A stretch of DNA of 64,000 bases from a virus (Duplodnaviria > Heunggongvirae > Uroviricota > Caudoviricetes). The stretch spans positions 22,278 to 86,277 of IMG/VR virus record IMGVR_UViG_3300044970_001522; one strand, given 5' to 3'. This document shows, one piece after another, positions 46,410 through 56,591 of this stretch. Both the position numbers and the translations under genes were made by a program. Under the pieces are notes generated by a model that had not been told where the DNA came from, ran no database searches, and was given only the letters and a program-made list of their open reading frames with translations. Every line of letters starts with the position of its first letter. Position 1 is the first letter of the stretch.

Positions 46410-47294
46410 ATGAAACTGCTTCTCGTAGACACATCCGCGCTATTTTTTCGCTCTCGCTCAGCTCTCTGTCGAGCTATGGGTGAAATGGTTACGAGCTATG
46501 GAGCACCGGTAACTGGGACTTATGGGTTTTGCAACGCCTTATTCGCCGTAATGGCTCAGTACGAGTACGATTGCGTAGTTCCTTGTACCGATAAGGGTGG
46601 GAACTTTCGCAAGAAAGAATCTGGTACTTATAAGGCGAATCGAGAAAAAGCCAGCGTTGAGCACTACTCCGACCTTTCCCTCCTGGTTGAAGACGTCCTT
46701 CCAGCTCTTGGTTTTTCGCCAGTGGGTGCCCAGGGTTTTGAGGCGGACGATGTTGTAGCTCATATTTCTCGTAACTCTCCTGGGTACAGTGAAGTACACA
46801 TTTTGACTTGCGACAAGGACTTGCTTCAGCTTGTCAACGACAGAGTAAAGGTGCTGCTTTTCAACTCAGCTAAGAAAATGGAGCTGGTTGACATTGAGGG
46901 TGTTAAAGGACACTTCGGTGTTCCCCCATCAGACGTCAAGTTCTTCAAGGCTTTGTCTGGGGACTCCTCAGATAACATATCAGGTGTATCCGGCGTTGGC
47001 CCTAAGACCGCTGTGAAGATAATCCAAGAGTGCCACACCAGCGGTACAAACTCAGAGTTGTCCCTTGCTGATCGTATAGCATTTCATCCTAAGGTTATTC
47101 CCACTGCGTCCACATTCTTTGGAAACCTTCGCCTGGTCACTCTTGAGGACGATGTTCCCGATTTGTCGTGGTACGCGTCTTCACCGCCGTCTGAACAGAG
47201 TGTAGAAGCACTCTTTGAGGGTTTAGAGTTCAAGTCGTACTTGAAGCCAGCACGGTTGAGCAAGATTCTGAAAACACTCAAGGTTGTTTCGTAG
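46410..47294 (+). CDS. 5'-3' exonuclease / flap endonuclease (T4 RNase H / PolI 5'-exo family)
   Basis: LLLVDTSALFFRS N-terminal motif and GVSGVGPKTAVKIIQE helix-3-turn-helix. Confidence 0.65.
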   Translation: MKLLLVDTSALFFRSRSALCRAMGEMVTSYGAPVTGTYGFCNALFAVMAQYEYDCVVPCTDKGGNFRKKESGTYKANREKASVEHYSDLSLLVEDVLPALGFSPVGAQGFEADDVVAHISRNSPGYSEVHILTCDKDLLQLVNDRVKVLLFNSAKKMELVDIEGVKGHFGVPPSDVKFFKALSGDSSDNISGVSGVGPKTAVKIIQECHTSGTNSELSLADRIAFHPKVIPTASTFFGNLRLVTLEDDVPDLSWYASSPPSEQSVEALFEGLEFKSYLKPARLSKILKTLKVVS

Positions 47295-47571
47295 GACGAA
47301 TAACTACCGATCACACCTTCGGACCATGAAATACCCACGTGTCCGCCCCAGACTCACTTACCTCCGCATCCTTGGAAATATTGCGTTGGTAGTTGGACAA
47401 TTTGTTTTGCTTTTCTTGGACCGCAAGGTGGGCCTATTAATTCTGATTACAGGGAGCACTCTGAGCCTTCCATTCTTTGTAAAGAAAAAGCAGTGGGATG
47501 TGGTAGCTGTCATCGTAGTTGGAATAACCCTGAACGTCTTTGGGCTAATACACAATCCAGTCCCTAACTAG
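47284..47571 (+). CDS. membrane protein
   Basis: multiple hydrophobic segments. Confidence 0.3.
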   Translation: MFRRTNNYRSHLRTMKYPRVRPRLTYLRILGNIALVVGQFVLLFLDRKVGLLILITGSTLSLPFFVKKKQWDVVAVIVVGITLNVFGLIHNPVPN

Positions 47572-47586
47572 TCCTTGTGGGAGAGT

Positions 47587-47653
47587 GGGCGGTTAACCCT
47601 CCTTCATGGGGCGGTTTCCACCCTTTGTTTCTGCCTCGCAGAAACGGTATAGT
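47587..47653 (+). promoter_or_regulatory. double cassette TTGTTT-N17-TATAGT, leaderless ATG at +7
   Basis: GGGCGGTTAACCC then GGGGCGGTTTCCACCC; spacer TTTCTGCctcGCAGAAAC. Confidence 0.6.
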
Positions 47654-47659
47654 AAATGT

Positions 47660-47818
47660 ATGGAAAACGACTCAGTCCGCTCCAAACTTGGACCCCGCCA
47701 AAAGGGTCGGAAACGAAAGGGCAAGACCAAGCCCCAAGCTCTTCGCCAAGCGAGAGCTCGCCGCGCCAGCCTCCTTCAAAAGTTGACCCCTCAGTCCCAC
47801 CCGCAAGCAAAGCAATGA
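47660..47818 (+). CDS. small highly basic protein (predicted leaderless)
   Basis: ATG 7 nt after the -10; KLGPRQKGRKRKGKTKPQALRQARARR; stop overlaps the next ATG (ATGA). Confidence 0.35.
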   Translation: MENDSVRSKLGPRQKGRKRKGKTKPQALRQARARRASLLQKLTPQSHPQAKQ

Positions 47819-48093
47819 CCTGCACCCCTGCCACTGAGAAGAGTGAAACTAATGCTTCTGCCCTTGCGTCTGAGTACAACGGGGTTTGGGCGTCTGTTCA
47901 CGATGCCCGAAAGAAGCTTATCCAAGCGAACTGCCCCTCTCGCGGTACTAGGGATGAGGAAGCATGGGAGTTATTCTGCGAGGAACGGGAAGCGGCTCTT
48001 GAAAAGCTCAGGCAAGTAGAGGACTACCTCATGGACTTGGCTTTCCAATACTCATGCGAAGCTTCTCGCGATCTTTCTGTGGAGCATGTGTAG
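47815..48093 (+). CDS. hypothetical protein
   Basis: ATGA-coupled to 47660 gene; the longer track ORF from 47656 in this frame overlaps the promoter. Confidence 0.35.
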   Translation: MTCTPATEKSETNASALASEYNGVWASVHDARKKLIQANCPSRGTRDEEAWELFCEEREAALEKLRQVEDYLMDLAFQYSCEASRDLSVEHV

Positions 48094-48096
48094 GAC

Positions 48097-48426
48097 ATGG
48101 AAAACAGCAACTTAAGCAAAATTAAGCCGAAACTTCGAACGAACGGCAGAGTCTCGGGGAACTTCGGAAGGAACAAAATTCAAGGTAAACTAGGAACCCT
48201 GGACCTCAGCTCTGAGGTACTGAACAAGGAAAACCTGCAGATCCCGAACCGGGCCGCAGTTTACGAGCGACTCGAACAAGCCTATAATACCACCACGGAC
48301 CCTAAACTCAGGGCCACCTTGGCTGAAATGCTTAGAAAGCGAAAAGCTACGGTCCGAGTCAGAGTTGTGACGAAAAACAGCAAACCACGATCAGACTACT
48401 GGGAGGAGGTCAACCGTGTACGATAA
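48097..48426 (+). CDS. hypothetical basic protein
   Basis: ORF. Confidence 0.3.
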   Translation: MENSNLSKIKPKLRTNGRVSGNFGRNKIQGKLGTLDLSSEVLNKENLQIPNRAAVYERLEQAYNTTTDPKLRATLAEMLRKRKATVRVRVVTKNSKPRSDYWEEVNRVR

Positions 48427-49040
48427 ACCTGCCCCGTACAAGTCACCCCTTCGAGTTGGGTTTAACTTCCCATCGTTCGTAACCTACAAGTGCCCCACTA
48501 CGGATGTACTCGTGGGGAAAGTTTACAAAAATGCCGAAGGAAAGTGGTATCTTACCTCTTCGTACCTAAGGTGGCAACCAATCGAGGTTTTCACTAAGAT
48601 AGGGGGCTTTCTCTTCCTAAACCAACTTCACAAGAGGCGACACCATACCTAATGAAACCAACAAACCCCACTCGAACACTCAACCATCTGAACCTCGTTA
48701 AGACGGGTACCCAGAAGAGGGTGGCACTCTACAAGGCTCAGCTTGAAATGGCCAAAAAACCCCAATCCTAACCCATGAGCCATACTTCCGCGATTACACA
48801 GGTCTTCACACAAGGTGAAGGTGAAGGTGAAGAAATTCACCGTTCGGTGAGTCTCCCCAACTCAGACTGGCTAGTTTTAGCTCAGTGTGCCGAAGCCTTT
48901 TCCTCCACCTTCAGGGCACAAGCGAGTCAGGTAATTGCCACTTATGTGACACGTGGACAGCTTGATTTGGCTGTGAGCGAGGCAGCGAAAATGAACATAT
49001 TGCTTCAAAAACTAGACAGTATTTATATTGCCCTTGTGTC

Positions 49041-49442
49041 GTGACACCTAAAAATAACCCCTTAGTAGTGTTTGACATTGACATGACACTCACGAGTGAG
49101 TGGTATTACGAAGATAATGTTGCAACGCTTCGAGCCAATTTGCCACTCGTTCAACTTGCGACATTGCTGGCTGACTCCGGGGTTTCAATCGTGATATCCA
49201 CTGCTCGCCCAAATCGTCTTCGAGCCAACTCAGAAAACTGGCTACAAAGTGTGGGTGTTAAGTTCGACGCCTTATACATGAGAGAGGACGGGGACGATCG
49301 CCCCGACCACTACGTTAAGACCGAGCAAGCTCTCGCAATTATTGAAGATTTCGGACGTCCTTCGCTTTGGTACGACGACAACCAAGACAACTGTAAAGTT
49401 GTGAGAGAACTTGGGATTCCTTGTGTTCAGGTTATGCAATGA
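49041..49442 (+). CDS. HAD-superfamily phosphatase
   Basis: VVFDIDMTLT (DxDxT motif I). Confidence 0.5.
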   Translation: MTPKNNPLVVFDIDMTLTSEWYYEDNVATLRANLPLVQLATLLADSGVSIVISTARPNRLRANSENWLQSVGVKFDALYMREDGDDRPDHYVKTEQALAIIEDFGRPSLWYDDNQDNCKVVRELGIPCVQVMQ

Positions 49443-49486
49443 TTCATACACACTCGCACCACCCCCCTAGGAAAAGAAGAGACATA

Positions 49487-49852
49487 ATGGCTACCATGGC
49501 CGAAATGAGCTTCCACCTACCTAATGTCGTGCCAGAGAGACAGGAGCTTGTTGAAAAGTTCAGGGTAGAGCAACTTCGTGGTGCTTCCCACCTGCCAAAA
49601 CAACACCCTCAACGCCAAACAACAACCATGAAAATTGATTCCGTTATTTCTGTTTCACTTCCTCGCGAGACATGGTCGCTCATAAACGACCTGCTTAAGG
49701 AGAAGCAAGCGTCTTTCGAACGTGACATTGACAGAGTGGACGACATCGGTAGGGCTGACTACGCTCAAGTTCTAGTTGATTGCGCCGAACAATGCAAGCA
49801 AGCATTAGACGAAATCTGTTTAGCACATTCCCTGGCGTCTTTCGACCTTTGA
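49487..49852 (+). CDS. hypothetical protein
   Basis: ORF. Confidence 0.3.
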   Translation: MATMAEMSFHLPNVVPERQELVEKFRVEQLRGASHLPKQHPQRQTTTMKIDSVISVSLPRETWSLINDLLKEKQASFERDIDRVDDIGRADYAQVLVDCAEQCKQALDEICLAHSLASFDL

Positions 49853-49908
49853 GCACAGACGCTGAGCGGAGCTCAACTTCCAGGTTAGTACCCCAACCCT
49901 TCAGTCAA

Positions 49909-50217
49909 ATGTTGTCCACTGACACACGACTCCAGCTACAAGATATTGCCGACCGTATCTCAAGACACGAGGAGATTTCCCTTAAGGAGATTTCCCTTAT
50001 TCAGAAATGGTCAGACCACAATCGCCACGCCTACGAGATCCTTCAGAAAGCACGTCGGAGGGCAATCTCGGGGGAGCCTGAGCCGGGGTCTCTCGACGAA
50101 CTTATCGACGGGATGAACCTCGGCTTTGCGGATCCTTCCTCTCATTTAGTTGGACCCCAATCCCCAGACGATCTTGCAAACTTTTTCAGGGCGCCTCCGT
50201 GGCTGAGACATGACTAA
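49909..50217 (+). CDS. hypothetical protein
   Basis: caaATG. Confidence 0.3.
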   Translation: MLSTDTRLQLQDIADRISRHEEISLKEISLIQKWSDHNRHAYEILQKARRRAISGEPEPGSLDELIDGMNLGFADPSSHLVGPQSPDDLANFFRAPPWLRHD

Positions 50218-50385
50218 AGCCCCTGACGCTTCTGTCACAGGGGCAGAGGCCAAGCTCGAGACTTTAGACCCCACGACCCCGTGGTACGAGTTTCTCTCCT
50301 ACTGTGAAGCTTGTCGGAGCTTAAACGTGAAAGCGTCTGTTGGTCGCTTCACCCGTTACCAAAACTATATTCGAACTATTTCGCT

Positions 50386-51165
50386 ATGAGTTACACAGGA
50401 CAGTTAATAACCTTTGAAGGTCTTGACGGCTGCGGAAAAACAACTCAGCTTAAGGCTGTTTTCGAGTGGCTTGTTACCAGCGGTCGACTACCATGGGGAG
50501 TTAAGGTGGTTACAACTCGAGAGCCAGGATGTTTACCCGGTGTGCGAGACTTGCTTAAGAACCCTAAGGCTGCGATCACACCGAAAGCCGAACTTTTACT
50601 GCTCATGGCCGACCGGGCTCAGCACGTTGCAACAGTAATAATGCCGGAGCTAGAAAAGGGCAACTGGGTGTTATGCGACCGATTTTACGCAAGCACCTTA
50701 GCCTATCAAGGGTGGGGACGAGGTTTGGGATCTGAAGCGGTAGAGAAAGCCCACGAACTTGCCTGCGGAGTCTTGTACCCTGACTTAGAACTGTTTTTCG
50801 ACGTTCCCGTTGATGAGTCTATGAGACGGCTCTCAAGGCGAGAAAACGACGGGCTGACTGTCCGAGACAGATTTGAGCGGTCAGAACGACCTTTTTTCGA
50901 CCGTTTGCTTACAGGGTTTCAAACCCCTAACGAACAACTGGGACTGAAATGTTACCCCGTGGTTACAATCGACGGGTGTCAAACGGTTGACGAGGTTACT
51001 CAGGAATGCATACGACAAGTGTCCAAGCTTTTACCACGTGAGGAGAACTTCACGAATGTGCCACCGTGCCGAGCAAAAGATCCTGAGTTTTGGTACGACA
51101 CTTCTAAAGAAACTTACAAAGTTCGGCTTGAGCGGGAGACCTCATGGAGTCAGCCACGATCTTGA
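50386..51165 (+). CDS. tmk: thymidylate kinase
   Basis: GQLITFEGLDGCGKTTQ P-loop and Tmk-like downstream sequence; start could also be 50311. Confidence 0.65.
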   Translation: MSYTGQLITFEGLDGCGKTTQLKAVFEWLVTSGRLPWGVKVVTTREPGCLPGVRDLLKNPKAAITPKAELLLLMADRAQHVATVIMPELEKGNWVLCDRFYASTLAYQGWGRGLGSEAVEKAHELACGVLYPDLELFFDVPVDESMRRLSRRENDGLTVRDRFERSERPFFDRLLTGFQTPNEQLGLKCYPVVTIDGCQTVDEVTQECIRQVSKLLPREENFTNVPPCRAKDPEFWYDTSKETYKVRLERETSWSQPRS

Positions 51166-51571
51166 AAGACTGACGAAAAACTTTGTTAAAACTTCCACAT
51201 TTGATATGAAACCTTTTCTACACGGGAGGATACATGCCAGAAAGTACGGAGGCTCCCCAGACGACTACGCCGATATCGACGACTTTATTGACAGTAGCAA
51301 GATTGCCTTTCCAGACATTCGTCACCGGGCATTGCTTCACTCGTCGTTCGGGTGTTTTGTCGTTGAGCAGATGTTCGGTCGCACACGCACAAACTCTGCT
51401 GGAATAACTTACTCTCCCCGAGACATCGCCGAAGATCACATTATTCAAGACCTCGGGTTCATTCCCACGGTCGAAAAGTACCTAAACAACATGGTTGCAC
51501 AACCGTGGATGTCTGGCACTAACAAGTCACCCAACAAACAAACCAAATTCATTCCAATCGGAGACTAAACC

Positions 51572-52021
51572 ATGTCACAATCCCTCGACTTACTTATTCA
51601 AGAGTTTACAGAGCAACAAGAGAGATTCCAAAAGGTCGCTCAGGAGAGGCTAAAAGAGTACTTTGCTGAGTTCTGGGAAAAGAACCCTGCGATTAAGGCC
51701 GTAACGTGGTCTCAATACGCCCCGTACTTCAACGATGGGGATCCGTGTACGTTTAGCGTGCATGACCCGTACTTCACGAACGCCGAAGGAGACGATCTTG
51801 ACGACCTGACGAGCTGGGGTGAGTACGACGGTGAGAAGGATGAGGTATGGTCGGACCAGGACCCTAAGTTTGATGGCGTGAACGTTGAGTCCACACACTC
51901 CCTGGCGAAGCTACTCACATCAAGTGTTATGGAGCCGATCATGAAGATCATGTTTGGTTCGGACAACGTCATAGTTGCGACTCGTGCCGGATTTAGTGTA
52001 GACCAAGCTGACCACGACTGA
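51572..52021 (+). CDS. hypothetical acidic protein
   Basis: ORF. Confidence 0.3.
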   Translation: MSQSLDLLIQEFTEQQERFQKVAQERLKEYFAEFWEKNPAIKAVTWSQYAPYFNDGDPCTFSVHDPYFTNAEGDDLDDLTSWGEYDGEKDEVWSDQDPKFDGVNVESTHSLAKLLTSSVMEPIMKIMFGSDNVIVATRAGFSVDQADHD

Positions 52022-52036
52022 CTTGGTGAAGGGGTT

Positions 52037-52101
52037 GAACGGTTAACCCTTACCTTAGGGCGGTTAACCCCCTTTATTCTGCCCTATAGAAACGGTATAG
52101 T
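52037..52101 (+). promoter_or_regulatory. double cassette TTTATT-N17-TATAGT
   Basis: GAACGGTTAACCC then GGGCGGTTAACCCCC. Confidence 0.5.
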
Positions 52102-52125
52102 TAAAGAGTCAATCCGACAACCAAA

Positions 52126-52656
52126 ATGCTTACCCAAACTGCTCAGCCCCTCGATAAGCAGCACGCTGGACAAATTCTCCTTCGTGCTACGCGATTCCTT
52201 ACTGCACCCACCCTAAGCCCCCGACCCGACGGGTCTGTGAGGGATGTAGCACTCGACACCCGCTGGCTGGGGCGAGACCTCGTGCGTGAAGTCTTTCGGG
52301 GCCGAACTGCTGACGAAACGGATGGAAAGTACGTGGACGTTGTTACGGACAACGGTAAAAGACTGCGAGTGTTCACTCGCGTCATTTCACGTAGAGCCGA
52401 TAACGCACTGGTCGCTTGTGCGAACTCTGCTGAGATAAGCCCTATCAACTTCGCATCTGAAGCAGATAAGCCAGACTCAGTCTTGCTCGTTGCTGTCAAT
52501 CCTCAGCGAAACACTGTTGACGTCTTTGACTTCCCCCTTGAAGACCGAGAAGGTAAGAAAGTGACCAGGGAGAACTTAGCCGTGTCCTGGTCTGTGAAAA
52601 AACAGAATTACGGTAAGCACCAAGCAAAGCTCACGTACAGCTACAAAGCTAACTGA
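52126..52656 (+). CDS. hypothetical protein
   Basis: caaaATG after promoter 52058-52101. Confidence 0.35.
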   Translation: MLTQTAQPLDKQHAGQILLRATRFLTAPTLSPRPDGSVRDVALDTRWLGRDLVREVFRGRTADETDGKYVDVVTDNGKRLRVFTRVISRRADNALVACANSAEISPINFASEADKPDSVLLVAVNPQRNTVDVFDFPLEDREGKKVTRENLAVSWSVKKQNYGKHQAKLTYSYKAN

Positions 52657-52693
52657 GATCTGCTAGTCCCTAGCAGCACTTTCACCGGGCAAG

Positions 52694-52760
52694 CGACGGT
52701 TAACCGAACCTTTCGAGGACGGTTTCCCCGCTTGCCTTTTCAATCGTAAGACGCTATAGT
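52694..52760 (+). promoter_or_regulatory. double cassette TTGCCT-N17-TATAGT, leaderless ATG at +7
   Basis: CGACGGTTAACCG then GGACGGTTTCCCCGC. Confidence 0.55.
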
Positions 52761-52766
52761 AGGTGT

Positions 52767-53372
52767 ATGGAACTAAAATCGACCCTTTCTGAGTCGTTCT
52801 TTCACCGGTTCTGCCCGGATCCCACGGTGATGTACGATCTTGGAGAGATTTACGCAGAATTTAACGCCCGCTACTTCAACGGGGACTTACCAGTTCTTCC
52901 CTGTAAGACTCGGACAGACGAAAACGGAGAAACTTGGTCGCGATACGACACCCTAAAGTGGGATGGTCGCATGGGTCGCAGAATTCTTGGCACATACAAA
53001 ACGTCTGCACGACGTGGGTTCGGAACAATTCGCCTCTCTCGCGTAATTGCAGGTGACCCTGTAAAAACAAGAAGCATTCTCTTGCACGAGATGCTTCACA
53101 AGTACCTTGATCTTGAGTGTCGAGACGACGGCATTAAGGGCCACGGTGAAAACTTCGTGAAGGAGGCAAAGAGAATCAACGAACTTTGTGAAAGAACTGG
53201 TGTTAAGCACCGCATTTACTTCTACAAAGACGAGATTACACAGAGTCAACCATTCGTCATACCTGAGCTTTTGGACGACAAAATCCACTGCAGCACAGAT
53301 CTAGACATTGCCCTAAACATGCAGTCTGTGATGAGGGCCGCGTTCTCACAAAAATTCGAGTACTTTCAGTGA
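52767..53372 (+). CDS. SprT-like zinc metalloprotease-domain protein (predicted leaderless)
   Basis: ILLHEMLHKY HExxH motif; ATG 7 nt after -10. Confidence 0.4.
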   Translation: MELKSTLSESFFHRFCPDPTVMYDLGEIYAEFNARYFNGDLPVLPCKTRTDENGETWSRYDTLKWDGRMGRRILGTYKTSARRGFGTIRLSRVIAGDPVKTRSILLHEMLHKYLDLECRDDGIKGHGENFVKEAKRINELCERTGVKHRIYFYKDEITQSQPFVIPELLDDKIHCSTDLDIALNMQSVMRAAFSQKFEYFQ

Positions 53373-53396
53373 GACCTTCGGGTCTCTTTTTATTTA
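53371..53396 (+). terminator. rho-independent terminator
   Basis: AGACC-TTCG-GGTCT hairpin followed by CTTTTTATTT. Confidence 0.55.
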
Positions 53397-53412
53397 AACC
53401 AAAACATGTACT

Positions 53413-53754
53413 ATGAGACCTAAACAAGAACAATTGAACGAATGGGGAGAACGTTACTTTTGTGAAGACCGATCTAAAACCGAACTTTTTGTGCAAGAGG
53501 TGGCAGAGTGGGTAGTCAAGGAAATTGCACAGGAGTTTGACAGGAAAGAACAAGCAGGTGCAAAAGGTTACGGGCCGAGTCTTCCCGCTAAGCTAGTACG
53601 ACAGTTTGGTTCGCCATCTGGCCCAACACTCAAGCAGCTTTCCTTGCTTGCTCTAAACGAACTTGTGCCCCTCGAGGACAGGGAGAAAAGTTCATACAAG
53701 CTGCTGTTAACCGTTATTTCAACCTTGCCCGAGACACCAACCAATACTCTTTAA
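53413..53754 (+). CDS. hypothetical protein
   Basis: ORF. Confidence 0.3.
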   Translation: MRPKQEQLNEWGERYFCEDRSKTELFVQEVAEWVVKEIAQEFDRKEQAGAKGYGPSLPAKLVRQFGSPSGPTLKQLSLLALNELVPLEDREKSSYKLLLTVISTLPETPTNTL

Positions 53755-53872
53755 GAGTGTGTGATTGATGTTAATTAGTGACACCTTTTACTAGGGTCAA
53801 CTCTTTTGTTTAGTCGCAAGAAAAAGAGCCAGTTAACATCGTTGGGTAATAATTCCTCCCGATCAACCAAAG

Positions 53873-55360
53873 ATGACATTTGTGACAGAAAACTTAACGA
53901 AGAGTTCTAAAGCCGCTTCAACCGGAAATGAAAAATGCAACGATAACTGTTCTGTAAGTGAAGCCGTTGTCTGTGATTTAAGCTCTCGCCAAGAGCCCCG
54001 CCGAATCGACCTCGACAAGCTATACGAGTGTGACCCGAAAGACTACATTGGCTATTTCGCCGACGAAACCTCTTACGACAACCTTATTCAAGAAGACTGC
54101 GACGTTTATGTGGGCGGAGTGAAAGTTGTTGCCTTTCGTAAGGCACTTTTTCCGAAGCTGCGCGATGGTTCGAAAGGTAGCCCGGAAACTTGGAAATACT
54201 TCCGCTGGGCAGCAAGAGACTTGTACTCAGACCAACGAGGCCTAGTTGCTGGTAGAGAACTAACTACCCAACTCGAGATAAGGGTAACCAACGGTATTCT
54301 AAACTTCTTCAAGAAGGCGATGGCCGGTCAAGTCACTGACTTGGAAGAGGCACTGAAAATTGCTTCTCTCTCCCCCGACATGTCAAAGCTCACTGTCCGA
54401 GTGAATGATGTTAAAAAGGACTTCCCAGAAATTGAGAAAGCTTTAGAATCTATCGAGAAGGAACTTCGCAAGAAAACGCTGAGCGAAGAAAGAAAGGTAG
54501 AGCTGAAGGAAGCGAAGGGTAGAGAACTTGCGAAGTGGTTCCCGACGTGGCTATCCAAGACTTGGAGTGTATCTAAGGACAAGGTTTCTGAGGCGAAACG
54601 TGCCGACGACAGGTATGTGGGAAAACAATACCGTTCAAACAAGTGCTATTCCAACGTGATTGGTGCTTTTGATAGGGGTGCACGTAACCCTTACGGTCGT
54701 TTGACCGCAACAACTGTAAAAGACTATGAGGGGTTCGTAAGCCACACGGATATTTATCAGACAGCTTGTTCCGCACTCAAAGAGACCCTAAACACTCCGG
54801 AAAACCCTCGGTGGGACCGCCTTCACGAACGGTTCAGTAACGTGAAAGACCCGCACTATAACCTCTTCGGTACGGTGTTCACTGCCCTTACGTTAAACTG
54901 GAACTTCCGTTGTGCGATGCACTACGACGGTAATAACTGCGAAGGTGGTATTGCCGTTCTTACTGCAATTACTCAAGGGGAATATGACGGCCATTACCTT
55001 GTGTTCCCTGAAATTCGTTGCGCTTTCGACCTTCGTGATGGGGACTTTATTGCCGGTGACAATCAGGGACTGATTCACGGTAACACTGCAATGATTCCGA
55101 AGACGCCTGACGCTGAACGAGTTTCGTTCGTTTTCTATTCACGAGAGCGCATGACCGCTCTTGACGATATGGAGTGTGAGGAGTGCCGCCGAGATTTCAT
55201 GCGATACGCAGCAGACAATCACAAGGAGTATGGAAAGGGTCACAAGACCTGGAATGGTGTTTGGAGCGGAATGTGGAAATCACCGGAATGGATGACGTAT
55301 AAAGCCGAACACGGCTTAGAACGTTGCTCAAATACTAACTATTGGGGCACCGAGAATTAA
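53873..55360 (+). CDS. TET/JBP-family 2OG-Fe(II) dioxygenase-like protein
   Basis: AMHYDG (HxD) ... 52 aa ... LIHGNT (distal His) ... RVSF 14 aa later (2OG Arg), spacing as in JBP/TET catalytic cores; ~300-aa N-terminal extension. Confidence 0.4.
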   Translation: MTFVTENLTKSSKAASTGNEKCNDNCSVSEAVVCDLSSRQEPRRIDLDKLYECDPKDYIGYFADETSYDNLIQEDCDVYVGGVKVVAFRKALFPKLRDGSKGSPETWKYFRWAARDLYSDQRGLVAGRELTTQLEIRVTNGILNFFKKAMAGQVTDLEEALKIASLSPDMSKLTVRVNDVKKDFPEIEKALESIEKELRKKTLSEERKVELKEAKGRELAKWFPTWLSKTWSVSKDKVSEAKRADDRYVGKQYRSNKCYSNVIGAFDRGARNPYGRLTATTVKDYEGFVSHTDIYQTACSALKETLNTPENPRWDRLHERFSNVKDPHYNLFGTVFTALTLNWNFRCAMHYDGNNCEGGIAVLTAITQGEYDGHYLVFPEIRCAFDLRDGDFIAGDNQGLIHGNTAMIPKTPDAERVSFVFYSRERMTALDDMECEECRRDFMRYAADNHKEYGKGHKTWNGVWSGMWKSPEWMTYKAEHGLERCSNTNYWGTEN

Positions 55361-55744
55361 CCCTGAAGCCGCCGAAGCGGCAGTTAACGAACAAAACACA
55401 GCATTACTAACAATGGACACAAACAAACAGCTTAACGGTGGCGATGCGGAGCGGCAAGTTGCCTCGGAGAGTATTGAACCCATTGAAGCAACAACAACCA
55501 TTACGGTGGAACTCCCGGTAAGCTTCGCTGAGGCTTTCCGGGCACTTGCTCAACGAGAGGGCTTGTCGGAGGGTGACCTTATTGTACGATCGCTGGGGCT
55601 CTACTCCGTTGCATCTCAAGCCGAGAGTGAAGGGTACGGACTAACGTTTACTCGCATCGAAGGAACCAACGACCTGACCGCCAAGGAAGCAATTCGCATT
55701 GAAGACGAACCTGCCTCAAATTTGTTCATTCCGGGTAAGAGGTG

Positions 55745-55789
55745 AGACGGTTTCCCGCCCTTGCTTCTACAGCGTAGACACGGTAAAAT
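55745..55789 (+). promoter_or_regulatory. cassette promoter TTGCTT-N17-TAAAAT
   Basis: GACGGTTTCCCGCCC; spacer TCTACagcGTAGA. Confidence 0.55.
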
Positions 55790-55812
55790 AACCAAAGACA
55801 AACGAGCCACAG

Positions 55813-56406
55813 ATGGAAATCTACTTCAGCACAGACGTTGAGACCGACGGACCGATCCCCGGACCTAACAGCATGCTTTCGCTTGGGTCGGCTGCGTTTT
55901 CCCCTGACGGAAAACTCCTGGGCACCTTCTCTGTGAACCTAGAGACCCTCCCCGGAGCCGACCCGGACCCCACTACCCAAGCGTGGTGGGAGTCTCACCC
56001 GGAGGCCTACAGAGCAACCAGAGAGAAGGTTTTACCTGCCGACCGAGCCATGCTCGCCTTTTCTCAATGGGTCAGTGCTACAGCAAGCTCGTTCTCTCAA
56101 GCGAATGTTCGAAAAGTTTCTCCAGTGTTCGTGGGTTTTCCTGCAGGGTTTGACTTTCTTTTCGTGTATTGGTACCTTATTCGGTTCACTGGACAGTCCC
56201 CATTTAGCTTCTCGGCGCTTGACGGTAAGACCTATGCTATGGCCTTGCTCAAAAGAGGATACCGGGAGTCCACCAAACGGAACTACCCGAAAGAGTGGTT
56301 TCCCCTCGAAAACAAGCATACTCACATCGCTGTAGAGGATGCTATTGAACAAGGTCGTATTTTCTGCAATATGCTTCGATCCAATCTTGACTCTACGTGT
56401 CAATGA
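55813..56406 (+). CDS. DnaQ-like 3'-5' exonuclease (DEDDh)
   Basis: FSTDVETDG (Exo I), C-terminal HIAVEDAIE (Exo III H-x4-D). Confidence 0.55.
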   Translation: MEIYFSTDVETDGPIPGPNSMLSLGSAAFSPDGKLLGTFSVNLETLPGADPDPTTQAWWESHPEAYRATREKVLPADRAMLAFSQWVSATASSFSQANVRKVSPVFVGFPAGFDFLFVYWYLIRFTGQSPFSFSALDGKTYAMALLKRGYRESTKRNYPKEWFPLENKHTHIAVEDAIEQGRIFCNMLRSNLDSTCQ

Positions 56407-56591
56407 CTAACAAAGTTAAAGATTACTGCGAAAAACTTAGCTTGTCCCTGAAGTTAAGGGGAGAGGGAAACGAGGACGCGGAGGAGGCCTTGCTCGACGA
56501 GCTTGACCTTCTGTGGCTGAAGTTGTCGAGAGAAGAGGCCCAGTGGGTTAATGCCAATATACTGTCGTTGTTTCCTAACTAATTACCCACC

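Noticed and set aside
47656-48093. 145-aa ORF starting at ATG 47656
   Set aside because: The start lies inside the promoter (4 nt after the -10). The leaderless ATG 47660 in another frame plus an ATGA-coupled ATG 47815 explains the coding signal better; kept only as the 47815-48093 CDS.
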